A stretch of 63,271 nucleotides of DNA, counting the filler, from Octopus bimaculoides (lineage: Eukaryota), in the NCBI RefSeq assembly GCF_001194135.2. It is 5 parts of 4 records of this genome, joined end to end, with 100 filler letters (N's around TTAATTAATTAA, not from the genome) between each part and the next. Parts side by side here need not be neighbours in the genome. Positions count along the whole stretch, not along the records: positions 35,688 to 59,848 come from NC_068990.1; 4 more parts are not named here. One strand, written 5' to 3'. The notes under the pieces are model-generated. The model was not told where the DNA came from and ran no database searches. It was given only the letters and a program-made list of their open reading frames with translations. Shown one piece after another: positions 39,413-52,697 of this stretch. Each line of letters begins with the position of its first letter. Position 1 is the stretch's first letter. The position numbers and the translations under genes are program-made.

Positions 39413-40900
39413 GAAAAGGACTATTAAAACAACGAACTTAGCCCCTGAGCAACTCTGGATCCCTATAACAACTGAAGAGGTCACCCAGGCACTGCAAAGA
39501 CTAAGCAACTGGAAGGCACCTGGGCACGACAAGATCCCAAACTTCTGGTTAAAATATCTGACAGAAATAGACAAAAAGCTGGCTGAAAACTTTAACAACA
39601 TACCAGCAGAGCCAGAGACAATGCCGGAATGGCTCACGAAAGGGAAAACTATCCTAATTCCCAAATCCACTGAAACGGCAAAACCACAAAACTACAGACC
39701 TATAACCTGTCTCCCTACAATCTACAAAGCCTTTGCTGCAATAATATTGCAGAGATTGAGCAAGCACCTGGAAGAAAACAACCTGTTTCCAGGAGAGCAG
39801 AAGGGATGCTGCAAGGGCTCATACGGCTGTAAAGATCAACTAATGATCAATAAAGCCATAACTGAAGACAACCGCAGAAAGAAAAAAGGCCTCAGTATGG
39901 CCTGGATCGACTACCGAAAGGCTTTTGATAGTGTTCCCCACACGTGGATCCTCGAAACACTAGCCATAAACAAGGTAGCACCAATAATTATAAAATATAT
40001 AAGACACTTTATGAATAAATGGCAGACAGTGCTACAGCTCCAAACAAAAGAGGGAATCGTGAAAACCAAAGCCATCCCCATTAGAAGAGGAATATTCCAG
40101 GGAGACACGCTCTCTCCACTCCTTTTCTACTTGGCACTGACACTTTTATCTGACATGCTAAATAGAACTGGATGCGGATACAAATGTTACGGCAAAACAA
40201 TCAACCACCTTTTATATATGGATGACCTAAAACTATACGCTACAAATGATAAACAGCGGGAAACACTACTACAGACAGTACATGGATTCACTAAAGAAAT
40301 AGATATGAAATTTGGATTAGAAAAATGTGCGAAAAGCGACCCTGAAAAGAGGAAAACTAGTTAAGAGTAGCAACATCACACTAGATAAAGCCAATGAAAT
40401 AAGAGAATTAGACCAAAGCCAGACATACAAATATTTAGGAATCAATGAACTAGATAGGATACAACACACAAATGAAAGAGAAAATAAAGAAAGAATACTA
40501 CAGACGAGTTAAATCAATACTGAAAACAGAGCTCAATGCTAATATCAAGATAATAGGTATTAACACTTTAGCCGTCCCAGTTATAAGTTACAGCTACAAT
40601 ATCCTTAACTGGATACTAAATGAACTAACAAAAATAGACAGGAAAACAAAAAAAAATAATGACAGGATCTAGAATGCACCACCCAAAATCTGACACAGAA
40701 AGGCTATATATATACAACGTATAGAAAGTGGTAGAGGCCTTATACAGCTGGAAAACTATTATAAAATAATCACCATAGGACTGCAAAAATGCCTACTTCA
40801 GAAGCAAGGAAAACTAATACAAATAGCCACAAAACAGTAGCAAATCCCACCACCATCGGTTATCAAGCGATGTTGGGGGAACAAACACACACACACAAAC

Positions 40901-40931
<31 letters not shown>

Positions 40932-41277
40932 TACGACGGGCTTCTTTCAGTTTCCGTCTACCAAATATACTCACAAGGCTTTGGTCGGCCCGAGGTTATA
41001 GTAGAAGATACTTGCCCAATGTTCCACGCAGTGGGAATGAACCTGGAACCATGTGGTTGGTAAGTAAGCTACTTACCACACAGCCACAGACAAATACATA
41101 ACAAAAACACCAGGACTAACAAGTATATATAACATACAGAAAATTGCACTACTGGGCACTGCACACATCCTACGCAAAACACTTTCAACACAGTAACCAT
41201 AAGAGCATCACAGCAAACCACAGCACATACCCAAGGCACACAGAGTGAAAGCACACTATAAAAATAAAACTACTGAA
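39412..41277 (+). mobile_element. R4/Dong-clade LINE: RT domain, frameshifted, internally deleted, SINE-interrupted
   Basis: NYRPITCL, EQKG, AWIDYRKAFDSVPH, GIFQGDTLSP and LLYMDDLKL RT motifs. The 3' end IQKIALLGTAHILRK and UTR lie at 41088-41277. (TAA)n on both sides. Confidence 0.92.
40851..41087 (-). mobile_element. SINE family A (3'-truncated) inside an R4/Dong element
   Basis: Reverse-complement head and middle match 52041-52270. Confidence 0.85.
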
Positions 41278-41279
41278 TG

Positions 41280-41354
<75 letters not shown>

Positions 41355-41519
41355 TATGGTGGGGCAGGTATTTGACTCGTGTCTATTGGCACTGCCACCT
41401 ACGGTTGCTTTCGGAGTAAGAGACGGAGAGAAAGAAAGTTTGCTAAGAAATAGAAAGGAGGGTGAAGTCTTCATTTAAGGAGAGAGAACCTCTATGGGGC
41501 TAATGTGTGTGTGTACGCG

Positions 41520-41573
<54 letters not shown>

Positions 41574-41683
41574 NNNNNNNNNNNNNNNNNNNNNNNNNNN
41601 NNNNNNNNNNNNNNNNNNNNNNNNNNNNNNNNNNNNNNNNNNNNNNNNNNNNNNNNNNNNNNNNNNNNNNNNNNNNNNNNNNN

Positions 41684-41728
<45 letters not shown>

Positions 41729-41990
41729 AGATAATCGCTTGTCGTTTTGTCCTCCCTTATATAATATACGCGCGCGTGCGTGTGTGTGTTTGTGTTTGTT
41801 TTATGTATGTATGTAATTGAGGAATAGACAGGGATAAATTATCCAGGTGGGTACCGCATGAGCACTCAGTTATAATCCAGATTATAGCTAAGCAAATCGA
41901 GTTGTAAGGAGTACCTTGGATTACTTAAGGTGAATAATCCTGGGTTCGATTCGTTGGATTACGAATATTTTATTGAACACATATTCATGA

Positions 41991-42368
41991 GCAATTGCAT
42001 TTGCGTCCAGCTATTTTCGACTGGTTAACAGTCTAAGCAACTTTCTTTAATATCTAACGACAGCTATGACCAGAAGCGTACTAAGTGTATATGAGCTTGG
42101 CTAACAATTATTTTGCTAGAATATTATAGTTTCTGAGAGAAAGGAATGTTAGCAGGAGATTTGGAAATTTGATATGGCTACAAAAACTACTATATAGTTG
42201 ACCTCATCCCAGCCTTAGGTTTAAGTTCGAAACAAGAGTACTAGATCTTTAAGTAGGTCAAAGTACATTTCTTTTTCAACCTTAGCTTTGGGTACATTAT
42301 GAATGTGATCTTCCGATGTTGCATGGACTGCTAACCAGTCGAAAATAGCTGGATACTTGTGTAATTGC
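41991..42368. mobile_element. MITE-like element with inverted repeats
   Basis: 42006-42033 and 42326-42353 are 28-bp inverted repeats with one mismatch; outer GCAATT/AATTGC. Confidence 0.6.
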
Positions 42369-42482
42369 TAGTTTCCTATGCAGCAGAAACGTACAGCCAA
42401 CAAATTTAAACCAAATTCGCGGTATAATTGACTATAAAAATAGAAAATACGCTGATGTACTAATCTCCGTATTCACTGTAAT

Positions 42483-42526
<44 letters not shown>

Positions 42527-42544
42527 AATATATACATCTGCACA

Positions 42545-43049
42545 TATTGTCGGATGGTCTTTGACTACTCATGAATTCCTTTGTCCTTTGACATACAAAG
42601 TGGTGTCAAATTCCAGTTTCGAACAAGTGGTGGACTATACAGTCATCAGCGTTTCAAAGCCAGAACACTGCTATGCACCAGCATCATTCATGATCTACTT
42701 TTTGCAGATGCTACTGCACTAGTAGCGACCTCCTTAGAGGAAGCTCAGAAACTTCTAGCCCGATTTTTCTGTTGCATGTAAAGCCTTTGGCTTGATCATC
42801 AGCATAAAGAAGATGTAAGTGATCCACCAACCTTTCCCTACTCCTAAGCAAATTTGAGGTGTTTAGCAGAAGCCACCGGTCCACAATTTCCCTGACACTC
42901 CTATACAGGTTGATGGGAAAAACCTAAAGTATGTGAAGTCATTTATATATCTTGGTAGTGAAATGAACTCGAGCGCTTCCCTTGATGATGAAATCGTCAA
43001 CCGTCTTGCAAAAACAAACAGCGCATTTAGCAAACTCTGTCATCGTCTA
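42545..43049 (+). mobile_element. RTE (BovB-like) LINE RT fragment
   Basis: GVKFQFRTSGGLY, DLLFADATAL, KAFGLIISIKK and FIYLGS...LDDEIVNRLAK. Confidence 0.8.
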
Positions 43050-44330
43050 GCGTGAAAGGGCCTCTGTATAAAATATCCTGGCTACTTTCTCACATGCTGA
43101 AACCCATACTCTCCATCTTTCCTGGACACGTCAAGAACTCCGACGAAGTCATCCAAAAACTGCGCCAACTGCCCCCAGACCAACTCAGACAAAACAGATA
43201 TGCCTTTAGTCTTGACATTGTCTCAATGTACACAACGGTATCGGCACACTTGGTGGTCAACCTATTGACTGACAGCATAGTAGCGTCCGACATCCACTGC
43301 TTCGGACTCGCAGCAGCTGATATACAACAACTATTGTCCATCATCGTGGACAACACCTACTTCTCTTTCCATTACCATATATACAAACAAACAACAGGTC
43401 TCTCCATGGGATCCAGTCTCTCGGGCCTACTAGCTATCACCTATATGAACCATCTGGAACGTCGAGCACTCAACATCTGCCGCTCATGCGCCTTCACCAG
43501 GTACGTAGATCACATCCTCATACTCACATCTTCCCGTGAAGAGGCTGACAGAATATTCACGACGTTCAACAACATGCTTATGAACATACAGTTCACTATA
43601 CAACATCTCAACGACACTGGATCACTATCGCTACTTGACTTCCAATTGAAAATAACGGAAGGAGAGATCCACACCGAGTTCTACAGGAAAGCAGCCAGTA
43701 GAGACATGTTTGCTCAGTACAGTTCAGTACTTCCACTCGGTGGAAATGAACTTGCATGCATCCAGAGCAAGTGCAGCAGGACAGAGGACAAGGTGACCCA
43801 CATCACACGCTTCCTAGAGATATTGAAATCCAACGGGTACCCTTTAACCATTGTAAATCGGCTTAAGTACCCTAGAGGACAAACACGCCGAACACACGGA
43901 AAGCCCAGCGACACATGCTTCCTTAAAATACCCCATTTTAGCGAGAGAATAACTACAGCCATCCGAAGAGCCATAAGAAGAGAAGGACTAGACATACAAC
44001 TAGCCCACTCCGGGCCCTCTCTGAGAAGACACCTCGCAAAGAAACGAGAAGGGACAACAATCAATGCACACTAGCAAACTGCCCCATTCGTGATACAGAT
44101 TTATCCCAACGGGTGAATGTTGTGTATAGAATTCAATGTAACAAATGCAACAAGTTTTATATGGGTAGCACTACAAGACCGTTACACATTCGCATGAAAG
44201 AACATCTGAACACGAGAGCCTCCTCTTTCAGAAAACATTTAGATAGATTCCGAAACACCGACAAAAGCATAATAGTCACAATTGAGGCCAATGAAAGAAA
44301 ATTGGGCAATTAAGGAATCTGGGCAATTAA
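43050..44330 (+). mobile_element. Penelope-like element (RT and GIY-YIG), inactive
   Basis: FSLDIVSMYT, YKQTTGLSMGS, RYVDHIL (YVDD mutated) and LSLLDF. GIY-YIG NVVYRIQCNKCNKFYMGSTTRPLHIRMKEHL lies at 44113-44313 after a stop. Confidence 0.9.
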
Positions 44331-44780
44331 GAATTAAGGAAGTTATCCTCATAGACAGACTAGGGCCCCAAATTAACGACAGGTTGGAGGCTGGCAGTCG
44401 ATTTATTATTTAGCTACATCTAGATGCGTTCATTTTTGATAACATGTTCATGTATTATTTATAAAAAAAAGAAAGAAAGAAAGGAAAAAAAGGAAACTGC
44501 ACGTATAATACATAACTTAGAAGCAGCGCTACGGATGTGCCAGCACACATGAGCTTGAGACATGGCCGCTCTCACGCATATCTCATGAGGAATTCCGGAG
44601 GGAGTTTCGTGAAACCAGTGCAGAGACACTTCCAGAAAAAAAAACTTTGGAAAACCGATTATAGCAATGACTCGATCAATTCCTAGAGATATCTGAAGAA
44701 GGAATTATAAGTTATTATAGTCCATAGTTGTTATTATAGTGCATTGTTGTGTCATTCAAGACACATTATATTCTAGGTAG

Positions 44781-44897
<117 letters not shown>

Positions 44898-45161
44898 CAC
44901 ATACATACATACATATAAAATTTTATGTTACATTGATATACTAAAATTCCTCAAACCAGTGCCCCAGAATGACTGAAACAAGTAAAAGATAAAGGATAAA
45001 GATATTTTTTATTAGCTGATATTAGTTGCTTAAATTGCACATATTGTTAAGCAAAATCTTCCTCATACATATATACATACATACATACATACATACATAC
45101 ATACATACATANNNNNNNNNNTACATACATACATACATACATACATACATACGCACATACA

Positions 45162-45245
45162 TACGCTGAACTATTGAGAAATTTGCAGTTACTCTATCCA
45201 GATAACAAATTCAGGTTTATACCTGTAATCGTGGAGGCCCCCGAT
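45162..45245 (+). mobile_element. R4-like RLE fragment after (CATA)n
   Basis: AELLRNLQLLYPDNKFRFIPVI; nucleotide match to about 46465-46545. Confidence 0.7.
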
Positions 45246-45269
45246 GAAGAATATTAGTGGAATTTAAAC

Positions 45270-45722
45270 ATTAAAACAACCATGAAGTTGAAACACAACC
45301 GGTTGGATATTGCTGTGTGGGACCACAAGGAAAAGAATTGTTCTGCTGTGGAAATCGGCTGCCCTCTGGACACCAATGTTGTTCGAAAAATGCATGAGAA
45401 AGAGGATATCTATGGACTATTGATGAGGAGTTTGCAAATCAAATACTCTAGATACACTTTCAGCTTCTTACCTATTATTATTGGAATAACAAGATACATA
45501 CCAACCCGTCTGAAGCAAAGTATAGCTGATCTTGGGTTCTTGGGAAGAGGACGCAAGTTCTTAATTCATATGCTACAAATGATCACCATATCTGGGACTA
45601 TAAAAGTCTGCGAGACCTGAAGATCTAAAGGATGATGAACAAAATATGCTTTTCCTCACAACCTTGCTTCCAAGCTGGTGGCCAGTCAAAATTTACTTCA
45701 AAATTAAAAAAGAGAAAGAGAA
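45270..45722 (+). mobile_element. R4-like LINE 3' end (RLE) and UTR
   Basis: KHNRLDIAVWD...AVEIGCPLD...EKEDIY...FLPIIIG; followed by (CATA/CATG)n. Confidence 0.75.
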
Positions 45723-45826
45723 CATACATACATGCATACATGCATGCATGCATGCATACATACACACATACATACATACATACATACATACACACATACA
45801 TGCATGCATACATACATACATACATA

Positions 45827-46902
45827 ACACTAGTCTGAAAACCTTAAATACATGCCCAAAGAAGTCCCACGACTTTACCACAATGTGTCGTCAGATGAAA
45901 GGATGAACATATATGAGCAGAAAACTATGCATGGATATGTTAGTAGAAAGCTCCGTGATGATAGTAACATTGATCATCAAAGCAGTTTATCATGGACCAA
46001 TAGCCGGATTATTACCTCCCACTTTGTTATCTAGGAACAGGAAATATTAACCAAATGCCTGATGCACAAAGGGGAAAGAAATGCAGGAAAAGCAGTAAAA
46101 TGTGACAACCAATGCAGACTTTGTGGAGATACCGAAGATATCACCCATATAATAAGCAGTTGTACGAAAATGCCATCAGGTATTATCTACCGATGAGACA
46201 TGATGCTATAGCTAGGACACTCTATTATGAAATCCGTCGGAAGGATAACCCCGAGAACAAAGAAAGAAGAACCCACAAGATGGTAGAAGCTATAGCCACT
46301 CGTAATAAAAAGGAGTACTGATGGGATGTCCCAGTGAAAATCTCTATAAAATGTAAGCATAACAGACCTGATATAATGATTTGGGGTACAGAAGAGAATC
46401 TATGTTCAGTTGTGGAAATTAGCTGCCTAACGTAAAGCTGAAGATCAGTGAAAAAAAGAATACCTATGCTGAACTATTGAGAAATCTGCAGTTATTCTAT
46501 CCAGATTACAAGTTCAGGTTTGTACCTGTAATTATTGGGGCCCTGGGATATGTAACACACTGCCTTAATACCGATCTTGAGAAATTAGGCTTCTCAAAAC
46601 CAGAATGGAGAAAACTAATACGAAGACTACAGATCCAATCCATCACGGAACTGCAAAATATCTGTAAAACTTTCCAGAAGTTTGTAATTTAAATATATAT
46701 GAGCATGTCTACATATGCAAATACATGCATGAGAATACATACATAAAACAAAACATACAAATCTGTATGTATACATGCATACAAACAAAAATACCCTGTT
46801 GTTGATGTTGAAATTCCAATGAAGGAGCCTTGGATCTAGGTTTATAAATCGGCTCTTTCTCAATTGGCAAGAAATTTTGAAATGAAACTGAATAATGACA
46901 TT
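45827..46902 (+). mobile_element. R4-like LINE C-terminal part (zinc knuckle and RLE) and 3' UTR
   Basis: CRLCGDTEDITHI..C, RHDAIAR, KHNRPDIMIW, VVEISC and FVPVIIGALG motifs; flanked by (CATA)n on both sides. Confidence 0.85.
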
Positions 46903-46978
46903 CATACATACGCACATACATACGTACACACATATATACACACACATACATACATACATACATACATACATACATACA

Positions 46979-47010
<32 letters not shown>

Positions 47011-47486
47011 GGATAGTAAATTTAACTCGTCGCCCAGCTTAACACACTACTTGAATATCTTTATCGGAGTTAAATCTGATGCAAGCTTTGGAGCCAGATC
47101 TCTGGTTTGTTGAAATCTCACCACTTGTATCGAAAGGCTTCAACAAATACAGGCGCACGAGTGCTTTTCTTCTCTCTATAACTAAACAGTGAAAAAATAC
47201 ATACATACCTGCATGCATATAAGTATACACATGACATCCCATAAATAATATATCCCATATATAATATATCCCATAAATAATATATCTCATAGTTAGTATA
47301 TATTTAATATATAGGACAACACACACATACAGTCAAGAAAAATAACACATATTAATTTTGTTTGTTGAAAGAAAGAAATGTGAGAAAGATCTATCACTAT
47401 CTATCTACACACACACACATACATACATACATACATACATACATACATGCATCCCTACATACATACATTAACAAATATGTATGTAC

Positions 47487-47532
<46 letters not shown>

Positions 47533-48689
47533 ATGTATATGTGTACATACACACACACATATATACAGACAGAAAGAGAGAGAGAGAGAGAATGAGTGAG
47601 TGAGTGATTGATTGAGTGAGTGAATGAGTGAGTGAGTGAGTGAGTGAGTGAGTGAGTGAGTGAGCGAGTGAGAGAGAGAGAAAGTGGAAGAGAGAAACCC
47701 TAATTCTTCTTCAGACATTGATACACTTAGAAACTGTCGATAGAAGATCAAAGAAATTGTCCCGCTAACCATTTCAATGCTTCAAAGTTACCAATTTACT
47801 CATCTTTATTGGTGCAGCTGGATAATGGGTTGGTGTTTGAGTGCTGAAATTGCACGTTTATTATGCCCGCTTCGTGCTGTGATGTTAGTCACCGCTTCTG
47901 TTAGTCATTGATAAAAGTCCTCTAGTTTCTTTCTGCAAATCTTTAGAAGATTTCGTTTATGTTCGACTTACAACTTTCCCTTATCATTAAAAAATCACAT
48001 GGTTTTTGTCTATATTCTCTTTTATCTTAGAATACATAGCTTTAATTTTGTTGCCGAGTACCCCCAGTTGGCTTTGTTCGAATCGACAAACACAGATAAC
48101 CAATCAAAACACACTGGAGCAACCCACAGATTTTGTTTTCTTGCATTGTTATATTTTTTGAATTTGTCATGTGACTGAACTAAAACTTCGCCATGTAATG
48201 GTCGTTTCATGTTGAGTGCATAGACAGAAGAGCAGTAGTCTGAGCATATTTACGGTTATTTTGCTATTCATTGTTTTCTTGTTTGTTTTTTGTTTTTTTT
48301 ACATATGTAGAGATCTAGAGCTAGCTGCAGCAGGAACATCGAAGAGCTATGTTACAGTGGCTATTTCAAAATCAACGATGGCCAAGCTTCCCGATCAAAA
48401 TTGAACCGAGTCGATATTGTAATGACTTCTTTATGCAGCTTCTTTCGATGCAAAACTCAAAAGTTTTGTTTTCAGGACAAAGATAAGTGTTCTGAGGTTC
48501 AAAGTTTGGAAAGTCGTGCGCAGGGTCTGGGTGGTAGCAATGCAAAATAGCAACATAATTGTCATACATTCTCTGTTCGCCTGGGAGAGGCATGTAGTCT
48601 CCGATCTAGAAAAGCTATGGGAAGAGTTTCGAGGAACGAATTGGCGACGATTGACTTTGCAGCCTACCCCGACCATTTGTCTCAAAGCT

Positions 48690-49140
48690 CTAGAGAAGGC
48701 ACTTTCCCAACCGCCTCCTTCAGTGGCTCATACTTCTCAATCTTTTCACGCTCATTATCTTTTATTCAACTATCTTCTGGGAGAGATATATTGATAATTT
48801 GGGCCTCTTTTTCTTTCTCGTTTACAACTACAATGTCTGGCCTTCCAGCCGCAATCATTATATCATACTGAATGGGTAAGTCCCACAAAAGCTTAAATTA
48901 GTTAATCTGTCATTCTCTTACACCTCTTCCAGTTTTTTTTCACACCATTAAGCTGGTCTGACAGACACTTATTTCTCAGCTATCATCTGGTGGATATATC
49001 CTGCAACATAATCATGTCGTCGTTTGTACTCTCACTGTGGCAACTTAGCATATTCGCTTATAAGATGGCTGAGCGTTTCTCCTTTTGTTCCGCATATTCT
49101 ACATAATGGTGATTCTTTCGTTTTGTCCACATAATGTTAC
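48690..49140 (-). mobile_element. R4/Dong-clade LINE C-terminal fragment
   Basis: Minus strand gives LCRICGTKGETLSHL, EYKRRHDYVAGYIH, GRPDIVVVN and EREKIEKYEPL. Confidence 0.75.
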
Positions 49141-49614
49141 CCTTTACATTTTTAGGACAGTACTCTGCAAATTTTTTTCACTTGCGGTACTTTCAAAATT
49201 CAGCAGCACACCTCAACTAAAACTATAGCTAAAAGTATAGAGAAAAAAATTACATTCAGGTTACACTGCGGCACACCTTGCATTGCCTCGTGACACACCA
49301 GTGTGTTGCGGAGCACTGTTTTAAGGTTATCAAGCTAGGTTGTTGTTTTTTTTTGGGGGGGGGGTCGCTTTTGACACAATTTTCACAACTTATTAGTTTT
49401 CTTTTCTTTCTTTCAATACAGTCTTGCAATATCACATGTTTTCCTATCATTTCATTATTTGTAAACCCCGTATTTTATGTCTTCCTTTGTTTCATCCCGT
49501 CATCCTTCGCCCTATTGGCCAAAAAATAAAAGAAATCATCATTATTATTATTTCATTTACGCACAGCAGTTTAGACTGTTGGAAAAAATCTCAAACATCG
49601 GATTACAAGTAACT

Positions 49615-49805
49615 TTAGATGCTAATAACCTTCTTAAGTATCCTAGTTGTCCCTAAGAATATTGTTTTCTGTAGCTGCACTAAACAAAGTTTTATGCCTC
49701 TTTCTTCTATACATCTGTTCAAATCTTTAGGAATGGTTCCTAATATAACTATAACTACAGGGATACATTTTATCCACACTTTCCATAACTTCTATAGCTC
49801 AATGG
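49615..49805 (-). mobile_element. R4/Dong-clade RLE C-terminus
   Basis: Minus strand gives KLWKVWIKCIPVVIVILGTIPKDL...LQKTIFLGTTRILKKV. Confidence 0.7.
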
Positions 49806-49864
49806 CTAGGTCCTAGTACTTTGTTATTAGCTGCACCAAATTTGACCCTGATCATTGAATTTGT

Positions 49865-50050
49865 TGAATGACAAGAGAGCCGGACAATATGTCTCGTGGT
49901 ATTCAGTTACGGCTCTTTATGTTGAGTCGAAATCCTGTCGAGATTGACTTTGCATTTGATCCTTCTGTGTTGATAAAATAACATAACTAATGGAGTAATG
50001 AGGTAGATTTAATTAATTAGCCCCTTTTCCTAAATCTATGGCCTCATGCC
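49865..50050 (+). mobile_element. SINE family C, diverged
   Basis: gttgagtcgaaatcctgtcgagattgactttgcatttgatcct. Confidence 0.5.
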
Positions 50051-50199
50051 TATGTTAGAAACAATTATTGCTATCTTCATTATTCAATTAACATCCAATT
50101 TCCTTAAAACAAGTCATGCTTTTGGTCATGTCCATTTATAATCTATTCTTTACAGAATTTTTCTCTCCTCTATTTCACAACTTGCTTATACTTCGAGAA

Positions 50200-50720
50200 G
50201 TATCTCAATGATGTTTTCATCGGAAGAGATTGGAACGCCTATCAGGGAGCAAAGAATTTTCTTTTTCACTTTCATTATGATAACGAGAGGTGGGTCACTT
50301 TCAACTCTTTCTCAATATGGGAAGACATATCGCATTACATTATAATCGTGTCACTGTTACATACCGGATTCGGTGAATGCTCATCCCATTTATTCATGTG
50401 TTGGTGTGGAAATGTTTGCATATTTCAGAATGTATGCAGCAACCCAACCGGTTGTGAATGTGAATGTATTGTGTCGCTGCGAAAACTGGCAACCGGAAAT
50501 TTACAATGATTGTATAGCCTTCCGCTGACGTCAGCCTTTTGCTTTATTATCTATTTTAGTATTTTGCAGTTAATCATTGATCTTTAGCGGTTAAGCATCA
50601 AACGTTTCGTTTTTACTGCATTCAAACGTACAAATTCTTTTTGGCTTATATACTCGCTAACTCCCTTTCAACCCTAGCAGCGTTGTTTCTACATAGGTTT
50701 TCTCGCTGCTTTTCATAATT
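50200..50720 (-). mobile_element. Decayed pogo/Tigger-like transposase remnant
   Basis: Minus-strand FTFTTGWV resembles the CENP-B HTH FxASxGW motif; many stops. Confidence 0.35.
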
Positions 50721-51244
50721 TTGAGTTCTGTTTTGATTTTATCTTTTTAAAATATTTTCTTTAGTTTAGTGGTTATTTTTAATCTTTTTCTTTCCATATA
50801 ATTAGCTTAGCTTCTACTTTGTATTTTACTATTAACTTCTACACAAAAAAAGTTTGCTTTCTTTGCTATTTCATGTTATTTTGCATGAAAGTAAAGGCTC
50901 ACTATTGCTAGTGAGCTATAATTCTCTATTTTTATCAAGTTACTTTTACAAAATGCACATGGTAGATACATCATATCTATTTCAGCTCTTGGTTGGAGGA
51001 TTTTGAGAGTAGTAGATAGTTTGATTGTTTTACTATGTAAGCCCTCCAATTTGCTCAGCTTTCGAATGATTATATTGAAGTTCTAGTTTATCAGAGGGAT
51101 AGATGGTTACTATATTTACATTTAGAATTATATTCCTGAGGGATTTTAACATTTAATATTGATGCTTTTATAATGCACGCACAGCTACAACTTTCTCTTT
51201 CATTTTAGTATGTTGTAGTATATCACAATCACTATTCCTAAGTA

Positions 51245-51838
51245 CAATAATACTTCACTTTACGAGGACTCGCTTTACGAGACCCCGGTTTACGAGTTTT
51301 ATTTTATTATAAATTTTATTTTAAATTTTATTATAAATTTTTCAAGCACAAGATCCAAATTTTGAACAAAGTGCAAAAGATTCTACTACCATAAATGCTT
51401 CTGCGTGTTACCGAGAAATTTATAGAGGCCGAATAAGAGCGTCTTCTAAGCAAACAACTCGAGACTTCTTTTTTTAAAAAGAAATCTACAAGTCCGTCTA
51501 CGAGTGCTTGTGAATCGATGATCACGTCTACAAGTGATGGTGTGCGCGAGTCTAGTGCGAGTGAAAATGACTCAGAAAACGATTATAATAATGATATAGT
51601 TTTATTATAAATGATCTTGACATCATTTTTACTTTACATAAAATATTCTTTACATTCTACTGTTGTTTTATTGCCATTAATTTAGGAGTATTATAAATTT
51701 TATAGATAAAATATTTTTTCTAGGAACGAATTACGATTTATAACATTGCAACAAGGGAAATTATTGCTCTGCTTTACGAGTTTTCGATTTAAGAGCGGTC
51801 TCAAGGAACAAATTAATTCGTATACCGAGGCATTACTC
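51245..51838 (+). mobile_element. Tigger-type non-autonomous element
   Basis: Imperfect TIRs caataatacttcactttacgag and ttcgtataccgaggcattactc, each flanked by TA. Confidence 0.55.
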
Positions 51839-52040
51839 TATTTCAATGACTGTTCTGTTCTAATTATCGGATTTCAATGTCTTTATCTAAATTTGTTTTA
51901 GATTTCACCTAGTTTTTCACTACCTTGAAATTCAGTGCGTTTAATGCAATTCTTTTCTCAAATAATCTTGGCTTTGGTACTGCAAATTCATATAATTTCC
52001 ACAGGTTCCTACTCATACCGTCCATACCAGTCTTCATATT

Positions 52041-52443
52041 GTGGCTGTGTGGTAAGTAGCTTGCTTAGCAACCACATGGTTCCGGGTTCAGTCCCACTGC
52101 GTGGCACCTTGGCAAGTGTCTTCTACTATAGCCTCGGGCCGACCAAAGCCATGTGAGTGGATTTGGTAGACGGAAACTGAAAGAAGTCCGTCGTATATAT
52201 ATGTATATGTACATATGTGTGTGTTTGTGTATCTGTGTTTGTCCCCCCAACATCGCTTGACAACCGATGCTGATGTGTTTACGTCCCCCGTAACTTAGCA
52301 GGTCGGCAAAAGAGACCGATAGAATAAGTACTAGGCTTACAAAGAATAAGTCCTGGAGTCGATTTGTTCGACTAAAGACGGTGCTCCAGCATGGCCGCAG
52401 TTAAATGACTGAAACAAGTAAAAGAGTAAAAGAGTAAAAGAGA
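52041..52443 (+). mobile_element. SINE family A (near full length)
   Basis: Head, TA/TG core, body and (agagtaaa)n tail all present. Confidence 0.9.
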
Positions 52444-52642
52444 ATTAGAGTCTATTTAGTCTTTAAAAACCAACAGATGAAAGCAACGGACATATTTCGC
52501 TCTTTTGGGACCTTTTCGGCAGGAATATCTTACGCAATAATCCATAGAATAAGAGTTATGTATGTATGTATGTATGTATGTATGTATGTATTTATGTATG
52601 TGCGTGCGTGTGTGTGTGTGCGTGCATGCGTGTGTGTATGTT

Positions 52643-52697
<55 letters not shown>

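Noticed and set aside
48022-48690. Short ORFs and splice-like signals (GTAAGT on minus at 47971; ttttgttttcAG on plus near 48475) as possible exons
   Set aside because: No similarity to PAPST2 or any recognised protein; adjacent to decayed LINE sequence.
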